A DNA stretch of 64,000 nucleotides from a virus, in the IMG/VR virus record IMGVR_UViG_3300035703_000082, positions 496 to 64,495 of that record; one strand, given 5' to 3'. A program made the translations under genes and the position numbers. Every line of letters starts with the position of its first letter. The first letter of the stretch is position 1. The notes beneath the pieces are model-generated. The model saw only the letters and a list, made by a program, of their open reading frames with translations. It was not told the origin of the DNA and did no database searches. This document shows, piece after piece, positions 20,001 through 28,990 of this stretch.

Positions 20001-23000
20001 GCGTCACGTTGCCGCTTGCTGGGCCTGCAATGGTGAGAGACTTCATCCTGATGCCACCAGTGACAGCATTCACCGTGGCTGTGTAAGCTGTGGCGTTGGA
20101 CAAACTGTCAAAAACAACATCATCATGGCTTCTCGGCACAGACGCGCCTGAGCCGCCACCAGACGACGTAGACCAGCGGGCGGTGTCGCTCCAGTTGCCT
20201 GTGCCACCAACCCAGTAGCGTGTGCTGTCGGCAGGCTTGGCTGTGCGGTAGACAGGCGCTGCTGCCGTGCCTGTGCTGTTGGCACCTGCGTAGAACTCAC
20301 CAGGGCTTGTGGCGGCAAAGCCAATGGAGCCCATCGCAAGGTAGTCGATGCTGTCTGTACAGGCTCCAGCGAGGATGTGGGCAGTGCCTGTGCCAGTGAG
20401 CGTGACGACGTTGCCTGCTGTACCTGTCACCGTCCATTTGCCGAAGGTCTGTGCCGTGCTGCCAAGGGCAATGGTGTGGGCTACGGTTTTGGTCGAAGCG
20501 AGTTCGGTGAATTGGTTGTTGCCGACTATGGTCAGCGTGCTGGTGCCAGTTGTGCCGCCAATGGTGAGTTTGTTGTAGGAGAGGAATCCACCAGCGAAAG
20601 TGCGGGCGGTTGTGCTGGTGTCAGACAAAACAATGTTGGCAGTGTTTTTATAGAAGTTGAGGTTGGTTGTGGTTGGTGTATTCCAAACAGTGCCCGTGCC
20701 AGCCAATGTCCAAGTGCCAGAACCCATTTTTAGCGTTCTTGCTGTAGACCCTGTAATGGATACTACCCCAGCCGTGACGTTATACGACACAGCGTCAAAC
20801 GTGCCAGATGTTAGGGCCAGGGTACGTGTTGAGCCAAGCGACAACGCATCAGCAAGCTGGACAACACCAGTAACGGAATCTATCGTGATAGGACACCCAA
20901 ACGTAATACCGTTACTGGTGATGGTCTGCGTTCCACGTTTGGCGAACGTGATCGTGCCTGTCGTACTAGATGACGTCACACCCGTGCCAAACTTCCAATC
21001 GCCATAAACAAACGGAGTGTTAGTGCTGGTGGTGAGCGTCATCGCACTAGTCCGCAACGACGCATCAAACGTGCCGATGTTCCAAGCAGCATTGATGGTG
21101 ATGGTGCCCGTCACACTACCAGCAGCTTCATCAAACACAGCCGTGTCTTGTGCCAGCGGGAACTGATTGATGTCGGGCGTTCCACCAGACGATGGTGCCC
21201 AAGCCGTTGCAGACCAGTTCTGTGCTCCAGCAAGGTTCCAATAGACGGTCTTGGCCGCAGGGAAGGTGATGCCGCTGTTGCCGCCACAGTCGCCTGCACG
21301 GGTCGGAGAAGAGCCTGCTGCGGTGCCGGTAATGGTGATGTCGCGGAAGTCGCAGTCTGTGGCCGACAGTGTGCCCACAGTGAGTGTGCGGGTGGTGCCG
21401 AGGGTGTTTGAACGGACGAAGACGCGACGAACAGGGGAAGCGCCTGCAACGGTGAGGGTGCCGGTGATGGTGAAATTTCCGTTTACAGAAAGCGTCGCAA
21501 AACCCGCCGTTGTTGGTGCGGTAACAGTAATGTTGTTAAATGTGGCTGCCCCCGTAAGCCCATAAGTAATTGTAGGGCTACCGACTCTATTAAAGTTAAA
21601 ATTGTAGAAAGTCAACCCACTTCCGGATGTAGAAGCTACTTCGATACTCCCAAGAGAGTTTATTGTTGATATTGTTGAAGTCCCTGCGTTAAAAGTAAAA
21701 TTAGTTGTATTTCCAAAAGCACAAGCAGTGTTGCCATCGGTTGTAACTGTACTCGACCCCAGTGTTATCGTCCTGACGTTGCTGTTGCTGGACGACAGAG
21801 AGCCTGCGGTGACGTTGTAGTTTTTGGTGTCGAAGGTGCCGTTGGTGATGGTGAGGGTGTTACCACCGATGTTTAGCGCGTCGGCGAGTTCGACTGTGCC
21901 GCCGTAGGAATCGACGGTGATTGCACCTGAAAGAGTCTTCCCGGCGCTAGTAATAGTCTGTGTATTACGACCTGAAAATGACAAGATATTAGAATAGCTT
22001 TGAGTTACCCCACTACCAAGCACCCAATTTCCATACACCGTGTAAGCCGTCGATCCAGCCAACGTCATCGCGTTCGTGCGCGTAGACATCGTGACCGTAC
22101 CTGTGTACGGAACCGCGCTATCAAGCGTCACCGTAGCCGACGTATTCAGCCCCGTGTTCTCGATAACAGCCGTGTCTTGGGCCAGCGGGAAGTTGTCCGT
22201 GCTGACCGCGCCGCCAGAGCTTGCGGCCCAGTTGTTGCCGCTCCAGTTGCCACCAGCGGCTTGGTTCCAGTAGACGGTCTTTGGCGTGCTGAAGGTGATG
22301 CCTCTGCAGCCTCTCAGGTCTCCAACACGCGTGCCGCTGATGGGCGCGGCTGTGCCGATGACGTAAATGTCTCGGAAGTCTGCGTCGGTCAGGCTTGGGG
22401 CTGAGTTGATGGTGAGGGTTTGGGCGATGCCGTAGGTGGTGCCTCTGAACCAGACTCTGCGGTTGCCTGCTGTGCCGGTGGTGGAGAGGGTGCCGTTGAT
22501 GGTCTGGCGGGAGTCGAAGGTGACTTGACGAACGCCTGCGGAAGATGGTGCTGTGATTGTTAGGTTGTTGAAGGTGTTGGGGCCTGCTATTGTTAACAGA
22601 TTAGAGGTGGCTGCTGTTGCAGATACATTATAAAAAGTAAAACCTGCCGCAGCGCCTAAAGTAATATTCGTAGCACTATGAGTTAATTGAATAGTAGATG
22701 TTCCTGCGTTAAAAGTAAGATTGGTAGATAAGGTGAATACAAGAGGATTATTACCACTCAAGGATACAGTACTACTACCTAAATTAATGGTTCTTGCAAC
22801 AGAAGTTGACGAGTCAATGGCAAATGCCGAAAGATTGTAATTGGCTGTATCAAATATGCCTTGAGTTATTGTAAAATTTCCCCCGGCTGAGATTGTTAGC
22901 GCATCACCTAGTGTTACTGTACCTCCCGGAGCATTAATACCAAGCGTTTGAATAGTTTTTCCGGCAGTGGTCAAAGTTCCCGTGCCAGTTATTATTAGCG

Positions 23001-23286
23001 CCCCGGTATATGTAAACGTCATCCCTGCCGCAAGTACTAGCCCGCCTCCTAAAGTAATAGGAGAACTGCCCGCCAACGCTCCCGTAAATCCTGTGCAGTT
23101 GATGGACTTGGCACCAGTGTTGCCGGTAGAGATGGTGCAGGTGCCGGTGGAGGCAGCGTCAAAGAAAACGTCGTCAGCGCTGGTAGGGACGCTAGCCCCT
23201 CCAGCGCCACCAGACGTAGCTGACCACTTGGTTCCGGCAGTGCCGTCCCAAGCTGCTGTACCACCAACCCAGTACCTGTCAGCCAT
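17050..23286 (-). CDS. Giant repeat-rich tail fibre/adhesin-like protein (2,078 aa)
   Basis: T/G/S/A-rich beta-solenoid-like sequence; five YW-initiated repeat units; C-terminal S(D/E)TATGxD repeats and W-spaced tail. Confidence 0.75.
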   Translation of the reverse strand: MADRYWVGGTAAWDGTAGTKWSATSGGAGGASVPTSADDVFFDAASTGTCTISTGNTGAKSINCTGFTGALAGSSPITLGGGLVLAAGMTFTYTGALIITGTGTLTTAGKTIQTLGINAPGGTVTLGDALTISAGGNFTITQGIFDTANYNLSAFAIDSSTSVARTINLGSSTVSLSGNNPLVFTLSTNLTFNAGTSTIQLTHSATNITLGAAAGFTFYNVSATAATSNLLTIAGPNTFNNLTITAPSSAGVRQVTFDSRQTINGTLSTTGTAGNRRVWFRGTTYGIAQTLTINSAPSLTDADFRDIYVIGTAAPISGTRVGDLRGCRGITFSTPKTVYWNQAAGGNWSGNNWAASSGGAVSTDNFPLAQDTAVIENTGLNTSATVTLDSAVPYTGTVTMSTRTNAMTLAGSTAYTVYGNWVLGSGVTQSYSNILSFSGRNTQTITSAGKTLSGAITVDSYGGTVELADALNIGGNTLTITNGTFDTKNYNVTAGSLSSSNSNVRTITLGSSTVTTDGNTACAFGNTTNFTFNAGTSTISTINSLGSIEVASTSGSGLTFYNFNFNRVGSPTITYGLTGAATFNNITVTAPTTAGFATLSVNGNFTITGTLTVAGASPVRRVFVRSNTLGTTRTLTVGTLSATDCDFRDITITGTAAGSSPTRAGDCGGNSGITFPAAKTVYWNLAGAQNWSATAWAPSSGGTPDINQFPLAQDTAVFDEAAGSVTGTITINAAWNIGTFDASLRTSAMTLTTSTNTPFVYGDWKFGTGVTSSSTTGTITFAKRGTQTITSNGITFGCPITIDSVTGVVQLADALSLGSTRTLALTSGTFDAVSYNVTAGVVSITGSTARTLKMGSGTWTLAGTGTVWNTPTTTNLNFYKNTANIVLSDTSTTARTFAGGFLSYNKLTIGGTTGTSTLTIVGNNQFTELASTKTVAHTIALGSTAQTFGKWTVTGTAGNVVTLTGTGTAHILAGACTDSIDYLAMGSIGFAATSPGEFYAGANSTGTAAAPVYRTAKPADSTRYWVGGTGNWSDTARWSTSSGGGSGASVPRSHDDVVFDSLSNATAYTATVNAVTGGIRMKSLTIAGPASGNVTLAGSTAIDGIHGNVTLPATGLTRTYTGAITLSGSTSGKTLTTNGVTLASTITVNGVGCEWALGSALNSGTGQFIIREGGLDLSSYNLTAGELTLSSTPANTTKDVKFSSGTITLSSGFTFNTTETSRSSFTFNAGTSQLNISASGITFSGNNQTFYNVAFTSTSAGTVTINGANSFNNLSFTGITSAGLKIISVTANQTITGTFTCSAGTNATMRHFVRSDTIGTTRTLTCAAVSLTDVDFRDITIAGAAAPASGTRIGDCKGNSGVTFTAAANKYWNLAAGGNWGGAIGWATSSGGTPNINDFPLAQDTCFFEATGLNSGATVTINAAYNIGTIDMSARTTNTMTLARSVEPTIYGNWINGTGVSLSNNINTTFSGRTSQTLTSAGQTFTGGITVNSPSGSLTLQDAFTSNATSLTLTMGTFDAGAYSVTMSAGALSSSNSNTRTIAVGSGTWTLAGSGTAWNAATSTNLTVTGTGTISLTSASAKTFAGGGVSYSGITLNQGGAGTLTISSNNTFANITNTYKATGATTINFGTTTQTVGNFTAAGESGRVLTLTGTSASSPATLVLTSGTVTTPDYLTITGIRAYDLNTTWYAGANSTNNGSLGWLFQAAGGTTFNVSFSDTATGADAFSAALTLSASFSDTTTGSDTISAGLVFVVSLSDTATGADASSVVASVFGAQTAETVGIQDTLTVTASLSVALSDAASLVDSPTALVDFTASFADTAVASDAIAGGYVVLTAISESATGADAFAVAASVFTPSLTDTVTGTDAVVVLASSFSAEVSDTVVSTDAPDAAGSVFGSSLSDTATLFDLPSVAASTFGAALSDTATGADAPAALMVFPASFSDTATGSDALAAKMVFATAVAELAAGADATSALVIFVSAVNETAQGLDSPAVAASTFNPVVQGLVLALDAPAVAGSTFNVSLSDGGTITDVVVGGYLWNPIDDNQNPNWQNVVTAQSPGWVQINDTQAPGWTEIQT

Positions 23287-23289
23287 CTC

Positions 23290-23571
23290 TTATACCTTGT
23301 AGTACCAGACGCCGTCGATCTCGACCAGCTTTGCGCCAGACGGAGGCACACCCTCTAGTTTCTGATACACCTCACCAGCAATCTCTTTGGTCGTCTCAGG
23401 CTCCGGTGCAGGCGGCGCAGTCACTACAGCAATCCAGTTGTCTCGCCGCTGCTCCTTCATCGCCTCAATCTCAGCCTCTGTGAAGCCGTGATCATCAGGC
23501 AGATGAAGAGCGTCTGCAAACTTGCCGTGGGGGGTGTCGAAGGAGAAGTCAATCTTAATCATGGTCTTCAA
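23290..23571 (-). CDS. Small protein downstream of the structural genes (possible fibre chaperone)
   Basis: 93 aa ORF adjacent to the giant fibre gene. Confidence 0.55.
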   Translation of the reverse strand: MKTMIKIDFSFDTPHGKFADALHLPDDHGFTEAEIEAMKEQRRDNWIAVVTAPPAPEPETTKEIAGEVYQKLEGVPPSGAKLVEIDGVWYYKV

Positions 23572-23603
23572 AGAAAGACACCCGCCTAGACGGGTGTCTT
23601 TTT
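23570..23603. terminator. Intrinsic terminator, possibly bidirectional
   Basis: Stem aaagacacccg/cgggtgtcttt with a 6-nt loop, flanked by A- and T-runs. Confidence 0.65.
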
Positions 23604-23618
23604 CAGGGTTGCTGAAGA

Positions 23619-24197
23619 TCAGGCCGCATCGAGGGAAAAAGTGTAACTAACATTCAGCGTGTCTCCGTTAGCCACCGTTCGATCACCCGGCGCGGCAAAG
23701 TCGGCGGCCGAGAACAACGTACCCGTCGTCCCGCCCTTGGTGTTGTTGGAAGTTAGGAACGCCCCACCAATAGTTGCCGATGCATTGATGTTGAACGATG
23801 CGGGGGATGCTGTATTGCTGATGACCGAAGGATCTGCCGTCGTTGCGGTACCGAACGTGCAGGTGGGGCGGTTAGCGTTGCTATAGCCCGTCTCCTCCGT
23901 CCATCCCGCATGGCTCGCCATCGTGTTACCCGCCGCAGGGTTGTTGCTCGACGCAGCGCCGTAAAGGCCGATGTACCACGTAGTGATGGCTGCTTGGCCA
24001 CCCAAAGCTGCGGCGTTCATATACTGAAGGCCCTCGTTGACCACGAGGTTGTGGGACTCCGCCTCCCACTTCAGCACGCCAGCCTTGTCAAAACACTGGA
24101 GTTTGAAGACCCCACCAGCCTTGGCGCGGGCATCCGGCTCGACCTTGCGCACAACGGACGCCGCCATCGTATCGACGGCCTTGGATTTGATCAGCAT
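23619..24197 (-). CDS. Virion structural protein
   Basis: 192 aa; NLVVNEGL, WYIGL, GAFL...GGTTGTLFSAADF; structural operon context. Confidence 0.6.
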   Translation of the reverse strand: MLIKSKAVDTMAASVVRKVEPDARAKAGGVFKLQCFDKAGVLKWEAESHNLVVNEGLQYMNAAALGGQAAITTWYIGLYGAASSNNPAAGNTMASHAGWTEETGYSNANRPTCTFGTATTADPSVISNTASPASFNINASATIGGAFLTSNNTKGGTTGTLFSAADFAAPGDRTVANGDTLNVSYTFSLDAA

Positions 24198-24206
24198 GAT
24201 GTTTCC

Positions 24207-24623
24207 TTATGCAAAGCGCAACAGCGCAGTTGAGGCGGTTGCCGCCGGGAGTTGAACAGTGAACGTACCTGATGCGGTCTTATCGGCGCCGAAGTCGATG
24301 ACAGCTATGGCGCGGTCGGCCTTGCTGACGTTGTAGATCAGCGCACCCCGGCAGACAAACGATGCACCGGACCATACCGGGTTGTTAAACGTCAGATACG
24401 CCGTGGTGCCAGAGAGCAGGACTTGAGCCCCGGTGATGATCTCACCGCCAGCGGTGTACCCTGCGCCGACAACTTCACCAGCGGTCGTGTAAACCGTCGT
24501 GGCTTGGCTCAGGTTCGCGTTGGCCGTGTACAAGGCCATCTTCAGCGTGTCCGTGTCAAGATCATGAATGCCCAGCCAGGACTCCTGCTTGAACGAAGAA
24601 CACATTCCCTGGAGGATAGGCAT
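24207..24623 (-). CDS. Virion structural protein
   Basis: 138 aa; SFKQE...HDLDTDTLKMALYT...GYTAGG; structural operon context. Confidence 0.6.
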   Translation of the reverse strand: MPILQGMCSSFKQESWLGIHDLDTDTLKMALYTANANLSQATTVYTTAGEVVGAGYTAGGEIITGAQVLLSGTTAYLTFNNPVWSGASFVCRGALIYNVSKADRAIAVIDFGADKTASGTFTVQLPAATASTALLRFA

Positions 24624-24626
24624 GGC

Positions 24627-25280
24627 TTACCTCACAGGATTGCGCACTTGACCGCTTCGATAAGCGTCCATGCGGTTCTTCCCGTCACCCAGGTTCTTGA
24701 GCAGTACGAACGATTCGTTGAACTGATTCTGGTACATCGCCATCAGATCTTGCTCAGTCTTCATAAACCGACCCGCCTCAACCATGACGGCGTTAAACAA
24801 CACGCTATCAAAGTTGTCACCCAGCCATGACGTAGTGGCCGTGACGATGCTCTCCGGGTAGTAGAAGTAGTGTAGTTCTGCAGTGAACCCTGCGGCAGGC
24901 GTGGGGCCCAAGATGAAGGTCAGTTCCGTTGGCAGGTTATAGACCGGGCCGAACAGCGCGTAGTACTTCGGAGTACCTGTGACCGTTGGATTTGGGTAGC
25001 TTTCCCGAATGAAGTTGACATCCTTGTCGATCAGGAATGTGTATTCACCGCCGCCCGTGGGAAACACCGCAAGAGAGTAGACCGACAAAAAGTCGTTGGG
25101 CGCAGCAAGGTATTGATTCCCGGCACTGATGGTGCCGGTCATGTTCTTGCGAAGCGCGGGAAGTTGAACGCTGTTGTAGATCTTCTGCTCTGCCAGCTTC
25201 GTGAGCAACGCAAAGTCAGTAGCCGAGAACGTGTTCTCGGTCGTATCCTCAACAGCGGTCTTCAGCTCAGTGTAGTTCAC
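24627..25280 (-). CDS. Head-tail adaptor-like protein
   Basis: 217 aa; MNYTELK..., G.PKYYA, ILGPTP, ELHYFYYP pattern of podovirus adaptors. Confidence 0.6.
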   Translation of the reverse strand: MNYTELKTAVEDTTENTFSATDFALLTKLAEQKIYNSVQLPALRKNMTGTISAGNQYLAAPNDFLSVYSLAVFPTGGGEYTFLIDKDVNFIRESYPNPTVTGTPKYYALFGPVYNLPTELTFILGPTPAAGFTAELHYFYYPESIVTATTSWLGDNFDSVLFNAVMVEAGRFMKTEQDLMAMYQNQFNESFVLLKNLGDGKNRMDAYRSGQVRNPVR

Positions 25281-25456
25281 GCCATCGGCCCCCGGGCCAT
25301 GAAGCCCTTGGTTTGAGCCTTACCGCCGCGCACCTTGATGCCGGAGGTCTTGGCCGCAGGCGGGCACGGGGCGGTGGACTCAGCGCCCACGACAAGGCGC
25401 GGGGGAGTGCGCTCGGAGACGCCTACAGAGGGCGTGGCGACTCGTTTGGCCTTCAT
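25277..25456 (-). CDS. Small basic protein (59 aa)
   Basis: ATG at 25456 (MKAKRVATP...GIKVRGGKAQTKGFMARGPMA); coupled to the next gene. Confidence 0.6.
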   Translation of the reverse strand: MKAKRVATPSVGVSERTPPRLVVGAESTAPCPPAAKTSGIKVRGGKAQTKGFMARGPMA

Positions 25457-25457
25457 G

Positions 25458-25631
25458 TCACTTCCCCTTGCGCCCGACCGGGCCTTGGTTAGCGACGCGG
25501 GCCATGTTGCGGCCCATCTGCTGAGCGGCTTGCGTGGTGACACCGCCCTTGGCGAGCTTGGCACCGGGGCCGTGGGCAACGCCCGCGGGCTTCTTGGCGT
25601 GGGCCCGGAGGGCTTTCATGGCGTCTTTCAT
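25458..25631 (-). CDS. Small basic protein (57 aa), not in the ORF track
   Basis: Hand translation MKDAMKALRAHAKKPAGVAHGPGAKLAKGGVTTQAAQQMGRNMARVANQGPVGRKGK; GGAG upstream. Confidence 0.65.
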   Translation of the reverse strand: MKDAMKALRAHAKKPAGVAHGPGAKLAKGGVTTQAAQQMGRNMARVANQGPVGRKGK

Positions 25632-25682
25632 CTTCAACTCCTTTGGGCTACGCCCACGTGAATGATAGCGCCAACAGGCGCG

Positions 25683-26108
25683 TTAGGAAACAGTGACTTG
25701 CCCAACTTCTCCCCGCCCGACCAAGAGGTTCGGCGTGAGCGGGTCCGTGAAATCTCTTGCACCGCCAATCGGGTTCCAACCCCACTGGGTGACCAGCATG
25801 CCCTCGCCGGGGAAGCCGTCTTGGTTCGGTCCAGTGCCACTGGTGTTGGTGAGTTGTAGGCCGTTGGTGCCGGACTGATACCACGTATTGGTGTCCGGGC
25901 GTGGGTCACGGATGGCCTGGGGGTCACTTACGGGGAACATCCCAAGCTGCAGTTGCGGCTGATCCGGCGTCCAACACTGCTGACAAGCCTTGATCTGTGT
26001 CTGTTTGGTCTTGACGACGAGGTTCTTCAGTTTCTTCAGGTCAAAACGAAAGCCACAAACGTCGCAAAAACCGAACGCTTTTCTTCCGTTTGCGAAGCGA
26101 TTAGCCAT
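25683..26108 (-). CDS. Zinc-binding (CxxC...CxxC) late protein
   Basis: CDVCGFRF...CQQCW..DQPQL...DPRPD. Confidence 0.65.
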   Translation of the reverse strand: MANRFANGRKAFGFCDVCGFRFDLKKLKNLVVKTKQTQIKACQQCWTPDQPQLQLGMFPVSDPQAIRDPRPDTNTWYQSGTNGLQLTNTSGTGPNQDGFPGEGMLVTQWGWNPIGGARDFTDPLTPNLLVGRGEVGQVTVS

Positions 26109-26114
26109 GTCAGA

Positions 26115-26810
26115 TCACGAGATGAATTGTTGACGCGGGACAAAGCGCACTGCGCTTTTGTCGCGATCTTCCGCCATAGCTAAATCAAGATCCTGATCGT
26201 ATTGCGCTTTGAGCATAGGGATGCGTTCTGCGGCCTGAGGAATCTTCAGTGCCAGATAGTAGGCAAGACCAGAAATCAACGGCGGGATAAAACGGAACGG
26301 AATGTCTTGTGTATAAGTTCCGCCTGTGCCCGGATCTTGTAGCCTACGCAAGCGCCAATACACAAACTGATACACGCCTGTCTGGTCGGGCGTGGGCCAC
26401 ACGACGATCTGGGGCGTCGGGGCTTGGCGGTTGATCCACACCTGAATGGGCCGCGCCTGCTGGAGCTTGTTGGGGATCGAAGAGTAGGTGCTGACGCTGA
26501 TGCGCGTGATGGTCAGATCGACCTGAGTCGAGACGTTGCCTGCCCCCGTGCGGATGACATGCTCCAAGAGGTCAACGGTGTCCTGCGGGAGGTTGTAGGT
26601 GTTGGTGCCCTGCGTCAAGTTGATTGCACTGCTGTCAATAGTCCAAAGATTTATACCTAAATTTGACCACCCAGCCAGTAGTATGGACAGCGAACGCCGC
26701 GCAGTACGCAAGTCATAGCCTGTCCTGAGTTCCGAAGCGCACCGCTCATGCGCTTCTTCAACAATCTCATTTAGGTCTGGATTCCAAACGGCAACACCGG
26801 AAGTGGTCAT
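26115..26810 (-). CDS. Tail tubular/adaptor protein (P22 gp4-like position)
   Basis: 231 aa; EIVEEAHERC, ARRSL, GINLWTI, WPTPD, DIPFRF.P.L.SGLAYYL. Confidence 0.65.
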   Translation of the reverse strand: MTTSGVAVWNPDLNEIVEEAHERCASELRTGYDLRTARRSLSILLAGWSNLGINLWTIDSSAINLTQGTNTYNLPQDTVDLLEHVIRTGAGNVSTQVDLTITRISVSTYSSIPNKLQQARPIQVWINRQAPTPQIVVWPTPDQTGVYQFVYWRLRRLQDPGTGGTYTQDIPFRFIPPLISGLAYYLALKIPQAAERIPMLKAQYDQDLDLAMAEDRDKSAVRFVPRQQFIS

Positions 26811-27646
26811 TTTTCTTTCCTAAACGCCCAGCCTTTTGAGCGTGCCTGTCTTCTAATTGCCTGCGAAATAGCTTGTAGGCTTACACCGAGTTCATCTGAT
26901 GCAGCTTTTAGTGTGCCCCAACGCTTTTCTCCATGTACGGGATGGACACCAACAACTGCCGTCGCCATATGGTTAGCTGCACCACGCTGACGATCCCCTT
27001 GGCCGTAAAAAGGGTTCTTTTCGCCGCGTAGCAAGCCTTTGGCTTGCATCAAAGCCGCGTGCTCAGGACGTTTTTTACCGCGCCAAGGATTGTTTAGTGA
27101 AAGAGCGGCTTTATGCTCCGCCGACAGCGTGCGACCTTTTTGCCACAGCAAAGCTGCCGCACTCATTTTTATTTTTGTTTCTTCAGAATGCTTACGCGTT
27201 TTACCGATAGCCGATAGTTTTGCGCGAGTCTCTTCTGAAACAACACGAAGTTTCGCCGCTGCACTCATTTTTGCCCGCGCTTCCGGCGTTTTAGATAACG
27301 CTCTTAGCTTTGCTCTTGTTTCGTCACTACGTTTGATTCCTAGCAGTGCTTTCGAGATTGCCGCCGCCACGTCAGGGTGGGAAGACGGTGCGATATCACC
27401 GCGATCCAAAATGTTTACAAGGGTGCCGAAGGGTCTAAAGTGCGCGATAACAGCGGCCTCTTCTTCAATGGCTTGCGCTTGGGTCAGCCCGTCAGCCAAC
27501 AAAATGACTTCGTAGCCGTACTTCGCCACCGTATGCTGCCAGTGCGCGTTGCGACCGCGCGTAGACCATGCACGCTGCCGCGTACCCTTACCGATGTAAA
27601 ACAACGTGTTGTCGGGTTTAGCGTGAGCGTACACGTAGTAGGTCAT
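26807..27646 (-). mobile_element. Free-standing GIY-YIG homing endonuclease with NUMOD3-like repeats
   Basis: YYVYAH...FYIGKG...RA...E...N catalytic pattern; repeated (H)SEETRAKLS/KIKMS units; AT-richer than the flanks. Confidence 0.8.
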
Positions 27647-27876
27647 CTAAACCTCGCCGTCTTCTGCGCTATGCCCTTGGGTTGCTTGACAAACTGCTTG
27701 CCCGCTGCCTTACCTGCCCGCTTCGCTCGCGTTGTTGCGGCGTACTCAGCAGGGCTGAGTGCCTTGATTGCCGCCTCCGGGAGATAGCGCTCGCCGGTCT
27801 TTGACGAAGGCTTGCCGCTCCGCGTTGTCCAACGCTGCTCTGTCCAATCCTTAAGGGATTTCTGAGGGGCTTTCAC
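27643..27876 (-). CDS. Small basic protein (DUF5872-like, C-terminal half)
   Basis: SLKDWTEQRW.T.SGKPS..TGERYLPE.AIKAL. Confidence 0.6.
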   Translation of the reverse strand: MKAPQKSLKDWTEQRWTTRSGKPSSKTGERYLPEAAIKALSPAEYAATTRAKRAGKAAGKQFVKQPKGIAQKTARFR

Positions 27877-28118
27877 TTGTACCCACCGCCGCGTTGTTTG
27901 TACTGCTTAGCAAGCAGTTGTGCCTTCCTCGCGCTCCATTGCCCTGCAGCGGTGCCTTGTGTCTCGCGTGCCTTGATGGACTCAAAGAGCGCCTTACGCA
28001 TCCCGGGCTTGGTGTAGTTGCCCGCCTCGTTGACGCGGCTCTCGCCGCCCTTGGCGAAGGCTTTCGCCTTGGGCATCTTGGCGGGGTTGATGCACCCCAT
28101 CCCACGGGAAGCCCTCAT
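27873..28118 (-). CDS. Small basic protein (DUF5872-like, N-terminal half)
   Basis: YTKP.MRK.LF..IKA....GQWSARKAQLLAKQYK..GGGYK. Confidence 0.6.
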   Translation of the reverse strand: MRASRGMGCINPAKMPKAKAFAKGGESRVNEAGNYTKPGMRKALFESIKARETQGTAAGQWSARKAQLLAKQYKQRGGGYK

Positions 28119-28756
28119 ACCATCCGCCCCTTGGTCTTGCCTCGCTGCGCGATGCCGTCGCCCCGGCCCCGGGACGGGGCCTTCACCTTGCCGCCCTTCT
28201 TGAACGGCACTGCGTCAGGGTCGCGCACAAGCGCCTCTGTGGCCCTGGGAGCCCGTGCAGGGGCTGAGCCCAAGGCCCGACCGATCCGCGCCGCCAGCGG
28301 CGCACCAGCCACCGAGGCAAGGCCCGTGAGCGCGTTGAGCGTGTTCTCACGGTACCGATCCCGAGCTTCCTCGTTGCTCTCCAGCGCGGGTAGGCGCTTC
28401 AGCCGCTCGGCAACAGCTTGCGCATCAGGGCCGACAGGCTCCGCACGCCGCATAGGGGCCGTAGAGACATCTCGGGCGGTTCTGCCGGGAGACAGCCCTC
28501 GCCCTGCGCCGGGACCTGTGCGTTGCGCACGTTCCTCAGCCGTCTCGGTACTGTATGTCTTTCCGCGCCAGGGGAAGTCGGACTTGCCCGCCGCCTTCGC
28601 CGCATTGAACGCCTGCCCAAAGGACAGGTCGTCATACCCGTCCGCATAGCGCGACAGAATCCGAGCGCGTTCGCGCTGCTTCTCGATAGGCGTGGCGGAA
28701 GCCCGTGCAGCTCCTGCACGGCGCAACGCGGCGCGGGCGGCGTCCTCGGCGCTCAT
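28115..28756 (-). CDS. Basic late protein
   Basis: Likely start MSAEDAARAA at 28756; ends FKKGGKV...RGDGIAQRGKTKGRMV. Confidence 0.6.
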   Translation of the reverse strand: MSAEDAARAALRRAGAARASATPIEKQRERARILSRYADGYDDLSFGQAFNAAKAAGKSDFPWRGKTYSTETAEERAQRTGPGAGRGLSPGRTARDVSTAPMRRAEPVGPDAQAVAERLKRLPALESNEEARDRYRENTLNALTGLASVAGAPLAARIGRALGSAPARAPRATEALVRDPDAVPFKKGGKVKAPSRGRGDGIAQRGKTKGRMV

Positions 28757-28757
28757 C

Positions 28758-28979
28758 TCACACCATCCTGCCCTTGGTGTGGCCCTTGACGGCGCAGCCG
28801 TCTGCGCGGGTGACGCCGCCCTTGGCGAACTTCTTGGCCGGAGGCTTGGGCGCGGGCTTCGGGTAGTCCTTCTTGGTCTGCTCAGCAGCTTTGCGCTCAG
28901 CAGCACGCCGCTGCGCCGGAGGCAGCGCGGAGGCTTGGTCGATGTCGACCGGGGGCGGGCCCATTTCCTTCGTGTACAT
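28758..28979 (-). CDS. Small basic late protein
   Basis: 73 aa ending KKFAKGGVTRADGCAVKGHTKGRMV. Confidence 0.65.
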   Translation of the reverse strand: MYTKEMGPPPVDIDQASALPPAQRRAAERKAAEQTKKDYPKPAPKPPAKKFAKGGVTRADGCAVKGHTKGRMV

Positions 28980-28990
28980 GGTGTGTCCTT

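Noticed and set aside
14958-23286. Diversity-generating retroelement acting on the fibres
   Set aside because: No reverse transcriptase and no template/variable repeat pair differing only at adenines was seen
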